The notes: a model not told the origin generated them from the sequence alone. A stretch of DNA of 64,000 nt from Candidatus Limnocylindria bacterium (GCA_038211425.1 JBBQVQ010000001.1:39991-103990); one strand, 5' to 3'. Numbered from the stretch's first letter, positions 50,822-60,564 are shown. Made by a program: numbers and translations.

Positions 50822-51400
50822 GTGACCCCACCACCCTCCCGCGCATTGGCGCGCGCCTGGTTCGACATCGGCACGCAGTCGGTCGGCGGAGGCACGAGCA
50901 CCCTGTTCATGATCCGGCGGATCCTCGTCGAGCGGCATGGATGGATCTCGCTTCGAGATTTCACCGAGGCATGGGTCCTATCGCAGCTGAGCCCGGGGAT
51001 CCACCTCGTGGCCCTCGCGGGTCTCCTTGGCCGGCGCATCGCCGGGCTTCGCGGGGTCGTGGTCTCGGTCGGCGGCATGATGCTCCCCGCGGCGGCCATC
51101 ACGGCGATCCTCACCGCGCTCTTCAGCGGCATCGCGGAGCATCCGCTGACGCTCGCGGCCCTTCTCGGCATCGGTCCGGTCGCCGCCGGTATGACCATCG
51201 GGCTCGCGCTCACGCTCGCGCGTCCGGTTGTGCACCGCGGTTGGTACGCGATCCTCGACGTCGCGCTCCTTGCGGCGGCCTTCGGCGTGCTGCTCAGGGG
51301 TGCCGCCCCGACCGTCGCCGTGATCGCGGGGAGCGCGGTCTTTGGCGCGTTCTTCCTCCGGCGCGAGCGTCCCACATCATCCGATGCCCCCATGAGCTGA
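50822..51400 (+). CDS. chrA: chromate transporter family protein (short-chain CHR, first half)
   Basis: 192 aa, four to five TM helices, CHR motif SQLSPGIH..G. Confidence 0.8.
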   Translation: MTPPPSRALARAWFDIGTQSVGGGTSTLFMIRRILVERHGWISLRDFTEAWVLSQLSPGIHLVALAGLLGRRIAGLRGVVVSVGGMMLPAAAITAILTALFSGIAEHPLTLAALLGIGPVAAGMTIGLALTLARPVVHRGWYAILDVALLAAAFGVLLRGAAPTVAVIAGSAVFGAFFLRRERPTSSDAPMS

Positions 51401-51403
51401 GGC

Positions 51404-51910
51404 ATGGATCAACTCACGCTGTTCCTCCTGTTCCTGAAGTCCTCCGCCCTGGCCGTCGGCGGCCTCGCATCGCTGCCGCTCCTGCGGACCGACCTGGTGC
51501 CGGCGTACACGAACGACGCAGGGATCCTGCAGGCGCTCGCCATCGGTCGGCTCGCTCCCGGCCCGAACGGCCTGTACATCGTGAGCCTCGGTTATCTCGT
51601 CGCCGGCTGGACGGGTGCCGTTTACGCCGTGGTCGGCGCGACCCTCGCGCCGCTCGCGATCCTGCCCGCGACCATGCTCGCCCGCCGCTGGCTGCTGTCG
51701 CCCTGGTTCGCCGGACTCGTCCGCGGTGTCGCGCTCGGGACCGCGGGGCTCCTCCTCGCGACGGGCGTCACGATCGCGCAGACGGGCGGAACGGCGCCGT
51801 GGCAGCTCGGGCTCGCCGCTGCCGCCGTCGTTCTCACCGTCCGCGGCAGGCTGCACCCCGCCATCCTCGTCGGCCTCGGTGCCGCGGCGGGGCTCGCACT
51901 CGGCAGATAG
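51404..51910 (+). CDS. chrA: chromate transporter family protein (short-chain CHR, second half)
   Basis: 168 aa, motif RLAPGPNGLY, adjacent to the first half 4 nt downstream. Confidence 0.8.
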   Translation: MDQLTLFLLFLKSSALAVGGLASLPLLRTDLVPAYTNDAGILQALAIGRLAPGPNGLYIVSLGYLVAGWTGAVYAVVGATLAPLAILPATMLARRWLLSPWFAGLVRGVALGTAGLLLATGVTIAQTGGTAPWQLGLAAAAVVLTVRGRLHPAILVGLGAAAGLALGR

Positions 51911-52011
51911 CGCCAGGTCGAGGCTGCAACGCGGTCCGGATGCCAGGTCCCCAGCTCGGCCCGGCATCTGCGGCTCGGGGCGTGCGCTTCCGCCGGGGAG
52001 CGCGCTTCTTC

Positions 52012-52647
52012 CTAGCGGCTGACGTGGTACTTGACGTGCGTGACCGTCGGCGAGGCGACCACCTTGACGGGTTCGAGTTTGGGATCGCCGACGTGCTCCA
52101 GCAGCCGCTCCCCTGCGCCGAGGATCACCGGAACGATGTGGAGGTACAGCTCGTCGACCATCCCGGCCGCGAGGAATTGCTGTACGGCGCTCGCGCCGCC
52201 CGCGATCGCAACGTTCTTTCCCCCGGCCGCCGTTCGAGCCCGTTCCAAGGCGGACTGGATCCCGCCGGTCACGAAGGTGAACGTCGTGCCGCCCATCATC
52301 GAGAGCGGTTGGCGCGCGTGGTGTGTGAGCACGAAGACCGGCGCGTGGAAGGGCGGGTCATCGCCCCACCATCCCTTCCAGGTCTCGTCCCACGGCCCGC
52401 CGCCACCGCCGAACATCCTGCGGCCCATGATGTGGGCGCCGACACCCTCGACGACTTCCTCGGCGATCTCAGCGTCGGCCGTGTGCTCACCGCCGTCCAG
52501 TCCCTGCTGCCTGCGCCACGTGTCGGTGCCGAAGACCCACTGGTGCAGCCGCATCCCGCCCCTCCCAAGCGGGTCCTCCACGCTCTGGTGCGGTCCGGCG
52601 ACGAAGCCGTCGAGCGATATCGACATGTGGCAGACGACTGAGCTCAT
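52012..52647 (-). CDS. dihydrofolate reductase family protein (RibD C-terminal domain-like)
   Basis: MSISLDGFVAGP... and GG..F domain features; 211 aa. Confidence 0.6.
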   Translation of the reverse strand: MSSVVCHMSISLDGFVAGPHQSVEDPLGRGGMRLHQWVFGTDTWRRQQGLDGGEHTADAEIAEEVVEGVGAHIMGRRMFGGGGGPWDETWKGWWGDDPPFHAPVFVLTHHARQPLSMMGGTTFTFVTGGIQSALERARTAAGGKNVAIAGGASAVQQFLAAGMVDELYLHIVPVILGAGERLLEHVGDPKLEPVKVVASPTVTHVKYHVSR

Positions 52648-52762
52648 GCGTGCAGTGACCTCCGGCGACCATCGGGATCGAGCCTCGTCAACACGCGACT
52701 ATCCACCGTACCGACCGCACGTGCATCATCGCAGCCCGCCCGAGAGCGACTAGCCTAGCGAC

Positions 52763-53197
52763 ATGCGGCCCCTGCTGGTCCTGGTCGGCGTGATGCTGGC
52801 GCTCGGCATGTCTTCGGCGAGCGCCCAGGCGGCGGACAAGGCGTGCGGGACCGTGTCCGCGGTCTTCTTCGGCGATCTCCCGAGCGGCGGGTTCGTGGCC
52901 ATCGACGGCCGCAGGTTCCAGGTCGGCGGCGTCAGTCCGCGCAACGTGGTGCTGCCACCCGCGACGCACCTGCGTGTCGGAGTGCGCGCTTGTGCCGTCG
53001 GGGACTTCCGTGCACTCGCGGACGGGACGGTGGACCTGTACAACGGCGAGGTGTTCGTCGAGGCGACGGCGGGGCCGCTCCCGAACACCAGCACAACGAC
53101 CGCAGACGTGGGCGGTGCGTTCGCCTTCGGCGTACTGGCCGCGGCCGGCCTCGCCGGCGCCGCGAAAGCGTTCGGCTCGAGCCGACAGCACAGCTGA
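52763..53197 (+). CDS. secreted/anchored hypothetical protein with C-terminal sorting-signal-like tripartite tail
   Basis: Signal peptide MRPLLVLVGVMLALGMSSASAQA and a small beta-rich domain. C-terminus PLPNTSTTTADVGG-AFAFGVLAAAGLAGAA-KAFGSSRQHS has a motif, hydrophobic helix and basic tail. Confidence 0.55.
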   Translation: MRPLLVLVGVMLALGMSSASAQAADKACGTVSAVFFGDLPSGGFVAIDGRRFQVGGVSPRNVVLPPATHLRVGVRACAVGDFRALADGTVDLYNGEVFVEATAGPLPNTSTTTADVGGAFAFGVLAAAGLAGAAKAFGSSRQHS

Positions 53198-53209
53198 GAG
53201 GAGCAGGTT

Positions 53210-54424
53210 TTGCCCGAACCACCGACGTTGATGACGCGCCTCCGCGCGAGGGTCGCCGGCGAGATCTCGACCGACACGATCGCCGCCTACCGGGCCGCCG
53301 GGGCCTCCGCCTACGGCCTCCTGGTCGAGGCCGAGCAGGAGCGGACGGTGCTCGCCACGGACGACTACTGGACCGTGTCCGCGTCTCAGCAGACGTTCTT
53401 CCTCGCCACATGGAATGCCTTCGTCCTGCAGAGCATCGCCGACGCCTTCATCGACGCGGACTTCGCCTTCGATCCCGGAACAGTGGGATTCGTGCCGCCG
53501 GTGACCGCCGAGCAGGCGATGCGCTTCTACGCCGGAGTCGAGCAGTGGCTGGTGCGTGCGCGTCAGGCGCAGGCCGACCCCCGCTACCGGCTCGATCTTC
53601 ACGTGCCCGCGGAGCTTCCGGCGTGGGTCGAGGTCGAGCCCTGCCCGGAGGCGCACCTGCACGCGATGCTGACGGCCTCGGGCAAGCTGCGCGAGCACGC
53701 CGAGCTCGCTGTCGCGGACCTGAGAAAGCGCGCGCCGCAGAGCCGCCAGTCCGATCTCACGAAGATCAAGTCGCTCCTGGCCGCCGCGCAGACAACGGCC
53801 GACTACGCCGAGCAGCTGCACACGCAGCTCCACGCCGGCCAGAGCGCAAGTCAGGACCTGCACGAGCGCATCGAGCGGTCGATCAAGGACGCCCTTGGGA
53901 AGGCCTTCCTCACCGGGCAACTCGCAGCGATGCCGCAGATCGACCAGTACGTTCCAGAGAGCGGGAGCGTCCCGACACAACGACTACCCGGTCCCGGTGA
54001 TCGCGGCTTCGATCCCTGGTGCCTGACCGATCCGCACACGCGAGCGCAGTGGCAGCGCGACCGACGAGCTCAGGCGGCGGTCGACGCGTTGTGGAAGTAC
54101 GACCCACATCCCGACCGTACGCTGGAGATCCAAGCCACGATCGACGCCGCTCTCGCGCGGGGCGATGTCGATTACGCCACCGACGCGAACGGCCGCCGCC
54201 TCGGTAATTACTTCTGCTGTCCCTGGTCGGCCGTCTACGTCGCCAAGCGGCCGATCGAGATCGGTGGCAAGCGCCTGCGGCCGCTGCAGCAGTTCACCTT
54301 CGACGTCTCGGCCGAGGAGATCGTCGAGGGCGGGGCCTTCAAGCGGGAGCTGCTCGTCGCGGACTTCTCCCGGACCGAAGACATCGACTATTGCGACCCG
54401 GGCGCGGACGGCCGTCACGAGTAG
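53210..54424 (+). CDS. hypothetical protein (404 aa, no recognised domain)
   Basis: TTG start with gagaggag RBS 6 nt upstream. Alpha-helical N-terminal half and Cys/Trp-containing C-terminal half (DPWCLTDP, GNYFCCPWSAVYV). Confidence 0.5.
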   Translation: MPEPPTLMTRLRARVAGEISTDTIAAYRAAGASAYGLLVEAEQERTVLATDDYWTVSASQQTFFLATWNAFVLQSIADAFIDADFAFDPGTVGFVPPVTAEQAMRFYAGVEQWLVRARQAQADPRYRLDLHVPAELPAWVEVEPCPEAHLHAMLTASGKLREHAELAVADLRKRAPQSRQSDLTKIKSLLAAAQTTADYAEQLHTQLHAGQSASQDLHERIERSIKDALGKAFLTGQLAAMPQIDQYVPESGSVPTQRLPGPGDRGFDPWCLTDPHTRAQWQRDRRAQAAVDALWKYDPHPDRTLEIQATIDAALARGDVDYATDANGRRLGNYFCCPWSAVYVAKRPIEIGGKRLRPLQQFTFDVSAEEIVEGGAFKRELLVADFSRTEDIDYCDPGADGRHE

Positions 54425-54475
54425 CCGGGCGCTCTGGGTCCGGAACGTCCGCAAGGAACCCGTCCGCGGGCGCGA

Positions 54476-55234
54476 CTAGCTCGAAAGCTCGCCCTCGAAG
54501 ACGTATTCCGCCGGGCCGCTGAGAGTCCAGCGCTTTCCCGGGAGGACGACGAGGGCCCCGCCGGGCAGGTGCACGGAGATCCTGTCGCCGCGGGCATCGC
54601 CGCGCCCGAGGGCCGCGGCGGCGGCGGCGATCGCCCCGGTCCCGCACGCGAGCGTCACCCCCACTCCACGCTCGTCGACGCGGAGGCGGATAGCGCCGGC
54701 CGATCGCACCGCGGCGCAGCCCACGTTCCCCTCGCCCCCGGCAGCCCGCGCGGCGGCGGCGAAGGCGGTGAGGTCGATCGCCGCCGGCTCCGCGACGAAC
54801 GCGACCAGCTGGGTGTTGCCCGCGTCCACGCGCGTCGCCCCGTGCGGAGCGCCTCCATAGACGAACGTGAACCGGCCCACGACGCGCGGGGGCGCAAGCT
54901 CGATGGCGATCCCCGCGCCGTCCCGGCGGGCGCCGACGACCGCGCCGCGGGTACGCAGCCGCAGCCTCTCTCCTCCGTGGCGATCGAGCAGATACCGTGC
55001 GACGCATCGGGCGCCGTTGCCGCACGCCTCGGCGGTCGATCCATCGGCGTTGTGGATCCTCCAGTCCTACACGCGGTCGTCGCGATCTCCGATCACGAGG
55101 ACGCCATCGGCGCCGATCCCCAGCCTTCGATCGCAGAGAGCGGCCACGTGGGCGGCCGTCAGCGTCGCCCAACCGTCGTCGCCCTCGCCGACGATGAAGT
55201 CGTTGCCGCAGCCGTGCATCTTCGTGAACCTCAC
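54476..55234 (-). pseudogene. dapF: diaminopimelate epimerase with in-frame amber (TAG) codon at codon 56
   Basis: N-terminal 55 codons VRFTKMHGCGNDFIV...GDRDDRV, then TAG at 55069..55067, then DWRIHNADGSTAEACGNGARC. These continue in the same frame into track ORF 54476..54880 (C-terminal half with GTGAIAAAAAA and LPGG). The GTG start at 55234 overlaps the miaA stop (GTGA). The stop replaces a conserved aromatic position (E. coli DFHYRIFNADGS). Confidence 0.8.
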
Positions 55235-56127
55235 TTCGCGAGTGCCTCACGGATCATCTCGAGCGGATCGACGGTCGTTGGGTCGACCCACCGCACTTCC
55301 TGATCGCGACGGAACCACGTCATCTGGCGCCGCGCGTACGCGGAGGTGTCTTTCGCGGTGGCGGCGATCGCATCGCCAAGGTCGATCTCGCCTCGCAGAT
55401 GAGCAGCCCAGTGGATGTAGCCGTGGGCGCTCATGCTCGGGAGGCGCGGGTCGAGGCCGTCGGCCAGCAGCGTCGCGGTCTCCTCGAGCACGCCCCGCTC
55501 GACCATGCCTCGAACGCGGCTCTCGATCTCCCTACGGAGGAGGGGGCGAGGCGGACAGAGCCCGATTCGGATGGTCTCGAGGCATCCTCGGCGCGCTTGA
55601 TGACCGCTCGCGCTTCCCGTGAGCATCGCGATCTCGAGGTAACGCACGACGCGACGCACGTTGTGGGGATGGACACGTGCGGCCGCGGCGGGGTCACGCG
55701 AAGCCAGCTCCTGGTGGAGCGCGACGTCGCCGTGCTCTGTCGCTCGCGCCTCGAGCGCGGCGCGGAGGGGCGCATGAGTGGGCAGCGCGTCGAGCGCCAA
55801 CCCGTCGAGGAGGGCGCGCACGTACAGGCCCGTTCCCCCCGCGACGATCGGGACGCGGCCTCGGCGCTCGATCTCCGCGAGAGCCGCACGCGCTTCCCGC
55901 TGGTAGCGAGCCGCGTCGTAGCGTTCGCCGGGATCGGCGACGTCGATCAGGTGATGAGGGACGGCCCGCCGCTGCCCGGCCGTCGGTTTGGCGGTACCGA
56001 TGTCCATCCGGCGGTAGACCAGGCGCGAGTCCGCCGAGAGGATCTCCCCCTGGAGAAGCGTCGCGGCGCCGAGCGCGAGCGTCGTCTTGCCCGAGGCTGT
56101 CGGCCCCACGATCGCAAGGACCCTCAT
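55231..56127 (-). CDS. miaA: tRNA dimethylallyltransferase
   Basis: P-loop VGPTASGKT, motif DIGTAKP, 298 aa. Lies upstream of dapF. Confidence 0.92.
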   Translation of the reverse strand: MRVLAIVGPTASGKTTLALGAATLLQGEILSADSRLVYRRMDIGTAKPTAGQRRAVPHHLIDVADPGERYDAARYQREARAALAEIERRGRVPIVAGGTGLYVRALLDGLALDALPTHAPLRAALEARATEHGDVALHQELASRDPAAAARVHPHNVRRVVRYLEIAMLTGSASGHQARRGCLETIRIGLCPPRPLLRREIESRVRGMVERGVLEETATLLADGLDPRLPSMSAHGYIHWAAHLRGEIDLGDAIAATAKDTSAYARRQMTWFRRDQEVRWVDPTTVDPLEMIREALAK

Positions 56128-56230
56128 GCCCGTTCCTTCCGCGAGGGCACGCGAGCCGCGGGAGGACCGGCAGCGTTCCCGATCGATCCGCCGGCTCGCC
56201 CCTCGGATGCCGTCCGATGCGGCACCGCCA

Positions 56231-57583
56231 TCACCTCCGCTCCGTCAGCGCCCGCAGCGCCATGCGCGCGGCTTCGATGCGACCCGCATCGGGCACCCGC
56301 TCCGCATAGCGCAGCTGCTCGAACGCCGTGACGACCGGCCCTGCGCCAAGCCACTCCGGCGAGGACGCGGAGATGCGAAAGAGGTGCTCCGTCGGCGTCT
56401 CCGCATCCGCGCGCCACCCCGCGCCACGGCCTTCCGCGAGAGCGAGAAATCTCCAGTACAAGAGTCGCACCGAAGTCGAGACGCTGCCGTCGTTCGACGG
56501 TGGGCGCCGACGCGGGTGGCGGCGCGGGAGCAGCGTCGCGAGGCTCGCGCGCAGCGAGAGGCCATCGGCTCGCTCCCGTTCGATGCTGCCGCCTTCCGGA
56601 AGATCGGCGCGCCGGTCGCGCACGAGCCGGTCGATCAGCAGCACGGCGATGCCGACCCCGACGACGGCGATGAGGATCTCGACGGCACCGAACACGAACG
56701 GCCGGCTGTGCTCGAGCGCCAGCCTCACCGCCTCCTCGTCTGCGTCAGGCCGCGCCGGAGGCGGTCGCCGGGGAGGGATGTCGACCGACCCGAACCATCC
56801 GGAGAAGACCTCGACCAGGTAGGCGGCGAGATAACCGAACGGAAGCAGCATCGCGTACAGGGCACGCGAGAGCACCGGCTCGACCGCCCTCCCGAGCTCG
56901 GCGAGCGCCTCTTGCGCTGTCGGGAGGAACGCCGCGACGACGATCGCCGCAGCACCCAGAGTGAACGCCGCCGCGGTGCCGGAGACCGCGGCGGTGCCTC
57001 CCCGCGCCTCGTCGGGTGCGAGCTGCTGATCCTCGGCGGACCGAGCGAGCGAGAGCGTGAGCCCTCCGGTCGCGACGACGAGCAGTCCCAGCATCGCGAG
57101 CGACCCCCGGTCGACCGGCAGCGGGATGATCGCGAGAAGCACCAGCGACACCAGCGCGAGCGCGCACGCGTCGCGCGCGTCGCCCCACCGCCCCAGCGTG
57201 CGCGCGAGCGAGAGCACGCGCCAGAGGAACGCTTCCCCGAAAAATGCGAACGCGATGCCGCGCGTGAGCACCGCGAGCCCGTCCGCTCCGCGCATCGGGA
57301 GCATGAGTCCCCAGACCACGGCCGCTCCTACGACCACCGCCACCTGGACGGTGCTCTGCCCCTCGGCGCGCGAGTCTGCGAGGAGCGCGGACAGCACCAG
57401 GATGACCCCGAAGAGCCCCACGGTGACCGGCAGGATCGCAAGGGGTGCGGCTCCGAGAATGAGCGAGTGGATCAGCCCGGCGACTGCGGCGAAGGCCACG
57501 GCCTCCATGAACGCGCGCCCTGCGAGCAGGGTGAGCCTCGGCGCTCTAGACGGCACGGCCCGCCTCGGATCCCGCGAGGACAT
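56231..57583 (-). CDS. membrane protein, DUF4129/transglutaminase-like (third gene of MoxR–DUF58 triad)
   Basis: Multiple TM helices then a soluble C-terminal domain. The track start overlaps the DUF58 3' end by 38 nt, so a later start is possible. Confidence 0.55.
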   Translation of the reverse strand: MSSRDPRRAVPSRAPRLTLLAGRAFMEAVAFAAVAGLIHSLILGAAPLAILPVTVGLFGVILVLSALLADSRAEGQSTVQVAVVVGAAVVWGLMLPMRGADGLAVLTRGIAFAFFGEAFLWRVLSLARTLGRWGDARDACALALVSLVLLAIIPLPVDRGSLAMLGLLVVATGGLTLSLARSAEDQQLAPDEARGGTAAVSGTAAAFTLGAAAIVVAAFLPTAQEALAELGRAVEPVLSRALYAMLLPFGYLAAYLVEVFSGWFGSVDIPPRRPPPARPDADEEAVRLALEHSRPFVFGAVEILIAVVGVGIAVLLIDRLVRDRRADLPEGGSIERERADGLSLRASLATLLPRRHPRRRPPSNDGSVSTSVRLLYWRFLALAEGRGAGWRADAETPTEHLFRISASSPEWLGAGPVVTAFEQLRYAERVPDAGRIEAARMALRALTERR

Positions 57584-58778
57584 CGATCGCGACTCCGCTC
57601 GACCGTACCTGCCGCACGATATCTTCCGGCGGCTCCTGGACGGTTACCACCATCACGCGGTGGTGCGCGCGACGCAGCGCCACGCACGCCTGCGCGAGCG
57701 AAGTCCCGAGCCGGGGTGTCACCACGATGAGGCTGGCCCCCCATGGGATGCGTCCGCGCTCCCTGAGGAACACCGCCTCGGGGGCGGCGGCCGCGTATGG
57801 TCCGAGCCGGGCCAGGATGTCGAGGCTGCGCACCAGCGGCCGCGGGCCGCGGCCAAGTGCCGATCGCGGCCGCTCGTGCGTGATGTTGTCGAGGCCGTTC
57901 GTGATGAGACCGACCTGCCGGCCCGCTTCCGCAGCGAGGCGAAGCAGCTCCGCCGCCGCCGACACCACGAGCTCGGTCGCGTCGGGGTCGGCCTGGATCC
58001 AGTACTGGTCATACGAGGCGACATTGACAAGGAAGATCGCGTCGAGGCTCGTCGCCGGCTCGTAGAGCTTGGTCTGAAGACGACGAAGACGCGCGGACGC
58101 CTTCCAGTGGATCTCCTTGCGCGCGTCGCCGATGCGATGCTCGCGGACGCCGCGGAAACGCAGCGGATCCGGCAACAGCCCGCGCCTCGTCGCCGTCTCG
58201 GCGAGCGGCCGCAGCGACGGGAGATGGCGATCGCGGACCGCGAGTGGCGCCGGATATGCGATGAGCGTGAGGCCGGGCGACAGGGTGCGGTCATCACGGA
58301 TGAAGCCGAGCCAGTCGCTCGCGCGAAGCCTCAATGGACCGAGAACGAAGGCGCCGCGCTGGGACGCTCTCAGCAGAAAACGTAGCTTCACGCGCTCGAA
58401 GGGCCGGGGCCCGAATCCCGCGCCGATGCTGGATCGAGCGCGACCCCGCTGATCGGTCGCAGGCTCGATCCCCTCGGGGAGGTTCAAACGGATCTCGAGC
58501 CACGGCAGCGGCAGAGCCTTGCGGTTCGCGACGGCGAACGTGACCGTGAACGTTTCCCCCGATACGACCCGAGCCGGGAGAAGCTCGGCACGGACCTCGA
58601 CCGCGAGCAGCGCGAGGCGGGCGGTGATCTCGACCACGGCGCCCGCGACCGCCACGCCTGTGGCCAGCACGATCAAACCGCCCTCGCGGCTGATGGCCGC
58701 GATGAGCGCGAGAAGGACCGCGGCAGCCCACGGGAACTGCCCCGTCCGGGTGCCCAGGTGCGCCGGGGCCGCGACCAA
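57546..58778 (-). CDS. DUF58 domain protein (vWA-like, MoxR-associated)
   Basis: 410 aa, N-terminal TM helices, conserved DUF58 core (EIHWKASAR.). Confidence 0.7.
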   Translation of the reverse strand: MVAAPAHLGTRTGQFPWAAAVLLALIAAISREGGLIVLATGVAVAGAVVEITARLALLAVEVRAELLPARVVSGETFTVTFAVANRKALPLPWLEIRLNLPEGIEPATDQRGRARSSIGAGFGPRPFERVKLRFLLRASQRGAFVLGPLRLRASDWLGFIRDDRTLSPGLTLIAYPAPLAVRDRHLPSLRPLAETATRRGLLPDPLRFRGVREHRIGDARKEIHWKASARLRRLQTKLYEPATSLDAIFLVNVASYDQYWIQADPDATELVVSAAAELLRLAAEAGRQVGLITNGLDNITHERPRSALGRGPRPLVRSLDILARLGPYAAAAPEAVFLRERGRIPWGASLIVVTPRLGTSLAQACVALRRAHHRVMVVTVQEPPEDIVRQVRSSGVAIDVLAGSEAGRAV

Positions 58779-58784
58779 TCCCGC

Positions 58785-59747
58785 TCAGCCCGTCCGGGAG
58801 ACCACGGGCTCCTCCGCCGGCACTGGCGTACGGCCCATCACTTCGGCGACGACGGTCATCGTCGTACGCCCCCGCATCTGCGCCTCAGCATCGAGGAAGA
58901 GGCGGTGGCGGAGCACCGGGGGTGCCTGCGCCTTGACGTCGTCGGGCAGGACGAAATCGCGGCCGCGGATCGCCGCGCGCGCCTGAGAGGCGCGATACAA
59001 CGCGAGGGCGGCACGCGGGCTTGCCCCGAGCTCCACGCCGGACAGTCGGCGCGTGGCTCGGACGATGGCACTGATATAGCCACGCACCGCATCGCTGACG
59101 CGTACTGCCCGCACTTCGGCGCGCAGGGCGGCGAGCCCCGTCCCATCGAAGATCGGCTCGAGCGTGTCCGTCGAGACATTCGCCGGTCCGTGAAGGCGCA
59201 GGATCTCGTCCTCCTCCCCTTCGTCCGGATAGCCCAGGTTCAGAAGGAGCAGGAAGCGGTCGAGCTGCGCTTCGGGCAACGGGAACGTGCCCTCGAGCTC
59301 GATCGGGTTCTGGGTCGCGATGACGAAGAATGGGTCCGGCAGCCGGTGGGTCGTCTCGTCGACGGTGATCTGCCGCTCTTGCATCGCCTCCAGCAGGGCG
59401 GACTGCGCGCGAGGCGTCGCGCGGTTGATCTCGTCGACGAGCACCACGTTCGCCAGGAGCGGACCGGGGCGGTACTCGAAGCGCCGCGTCGCCTCATCGA
59501 ATATCGAGACTCCGGTGATGTCCGACGGAACGAGGTCCGGCGTGCACTGGATCCGCCTGAAGTCGAGGTCGAAGGTGCGCGCGACCGCCCGCGCGAGCAT
59601 CGTCTTTCCCACCCCGGGGACGTCGTCGAGGAGCACATGGCCGTCCACCAGGAGCGCGGTGAGCATCTGCTCCGTGGCCGCGCCCTTGCCGACGACGACG
59701 CGCCCCACCGCTGCGACGATGCGCGCCGCAGCATCCTGGACGATCAC
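58785..59747 (-). CDS. MoxR-family AAA+ ATPase
   Basis: Walker A GVPGVGKT, Walker B VVLVDEINRATP, sensor TQNPIE. GTG at 59747 gives the canonical roughly 320-aa length; the track ATG at 59897 adds 50 aa. Confidence 0.85.
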   Translation of the reverse strand: MIVQDAAARIVAAVGRVVVGKGAATEQMLTALLVDGHVLLDDVPGVGKTMLARAVARTFDLDFRRIQCTPDLVPSDITGVSIFDEATRRFEYRPGPLLANVVLVDEINRATPRAQSALLEAMQERQITVDETTHRLPDPFFVIATQNPIELEGTFPLPEAQLDRFLLLLNLGYPDEGEEDEILRLHGPANVSTDTLEPIFDGTGLAALRAEVRAVRVSDAVRGYISAIVRATRRLSGVELGASPRAALALYRASQARAAIRGRDFVLPDDVKAQAPPVLRHRLFLDAEAQMRGRTTMTVVAEVMGRTPVPAEEPVVSRTG

Positions 59748-59905
59748 GAAGGGCGTCCATGCGGCAGAGCGCAGGGAAACACGCCACCGATCCGCTGAGT
59801 CGACCCGCGCGTCAGCCACACCATGACAGTGATCGGATGCTAGCGGGGGTGCCCCGCACCCCATCGTGAGCGTGCTGTCCATCCGCGTCGGTACCATGGG
59901 GATCC

Positions 59906-60544
59906 ATGGCGACCGTCATCCGCGCTCGAGAAAGCCGGACGCCTCGCGTGGGCGGCCGCCCGAGCGTCTCGTCGCCGGACGTGACGCCGTTCACCTTCGA
60001 CCCGCAGCGCGTTGCTCGCCTCGAGACGATGGCCTGGCGCGCGTACTACGAACGCCACTGGCTCGCTCTTGCCTACTTCACGGAGCGGGCATGCGCCGAC
60101 CAGTTCCACGTTCCACTCCCGATCTCGGCCCAGGCGGCTTACTACGCGACCCGCGGGGCGGTCGCCTTCAAGCCGGTCGACAACGATGTCGGCCTCGCCG
60201 TGGCCGCGCTCGCGCGCTACTACGCCATCGTGCGGCGGCACTCGGGCCTGGCGTTCGATCCCGCGGAGGTCGCGCGCACCGAGGTCCGCTACTGGGTCGT
60301 GCATAGGCGGCTGTCCGGAAGCGGCGACCATGCGGAGCTCGTCGACACGTTCGCCAAGCTCCACGCTTTGACGTTCGCCATCGGGACCGACCGCGCGCGC
60401 GAGTCGGCCGAGTGGCGCACCCGCGCCGCCATCACCGTCGACGACATCACCGGCCGGCGCTCGACGGATCAGGAAGGCGACTGGCGGCGGGTGGAGACCC
60501 AGCTCCGCCGCGGCTATCGCTCACTGGTGGCCGCGATCGCCTGA
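59906..60544 (+). CDS. hypothetical protein (212 aa, W/Y/R-rich, no recognised domain)
   Basis: ORF from the track. Helical protein with repeated AYY/RYY motifs. The start may be internal (MAWRAYYERHW). Confidence 0.4.
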   Translation: MATVIRARESRTPRVGGRPSVSSPDVTPFTFDPQRVARLETMAWRAYYERHWLALAYFTERACADQFHVPLPISAQAAYYATRGAVAFKPVDNDVGLAVAALARYYAIVRRHSGLAFDPAEVARTEVRYWVVHRRLSGSGDHAELVDTFAKLHALTFAIGTDRARESAEWRTRAAITVDDITGRRSTDQEGDWRRVETQLRRGYRSLVAAIA

Positions 60545-60564
60545 GCCGCTGACCGGTCCGGCAC

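Noticed and set aside
50822-51910. Split chrA as a possible frameshift pseudogene
   Set aside because: Two separate roughly 170-190-aa CHR-family genes with their own starts are the normal short-chain CHR heterodimer arrangement.
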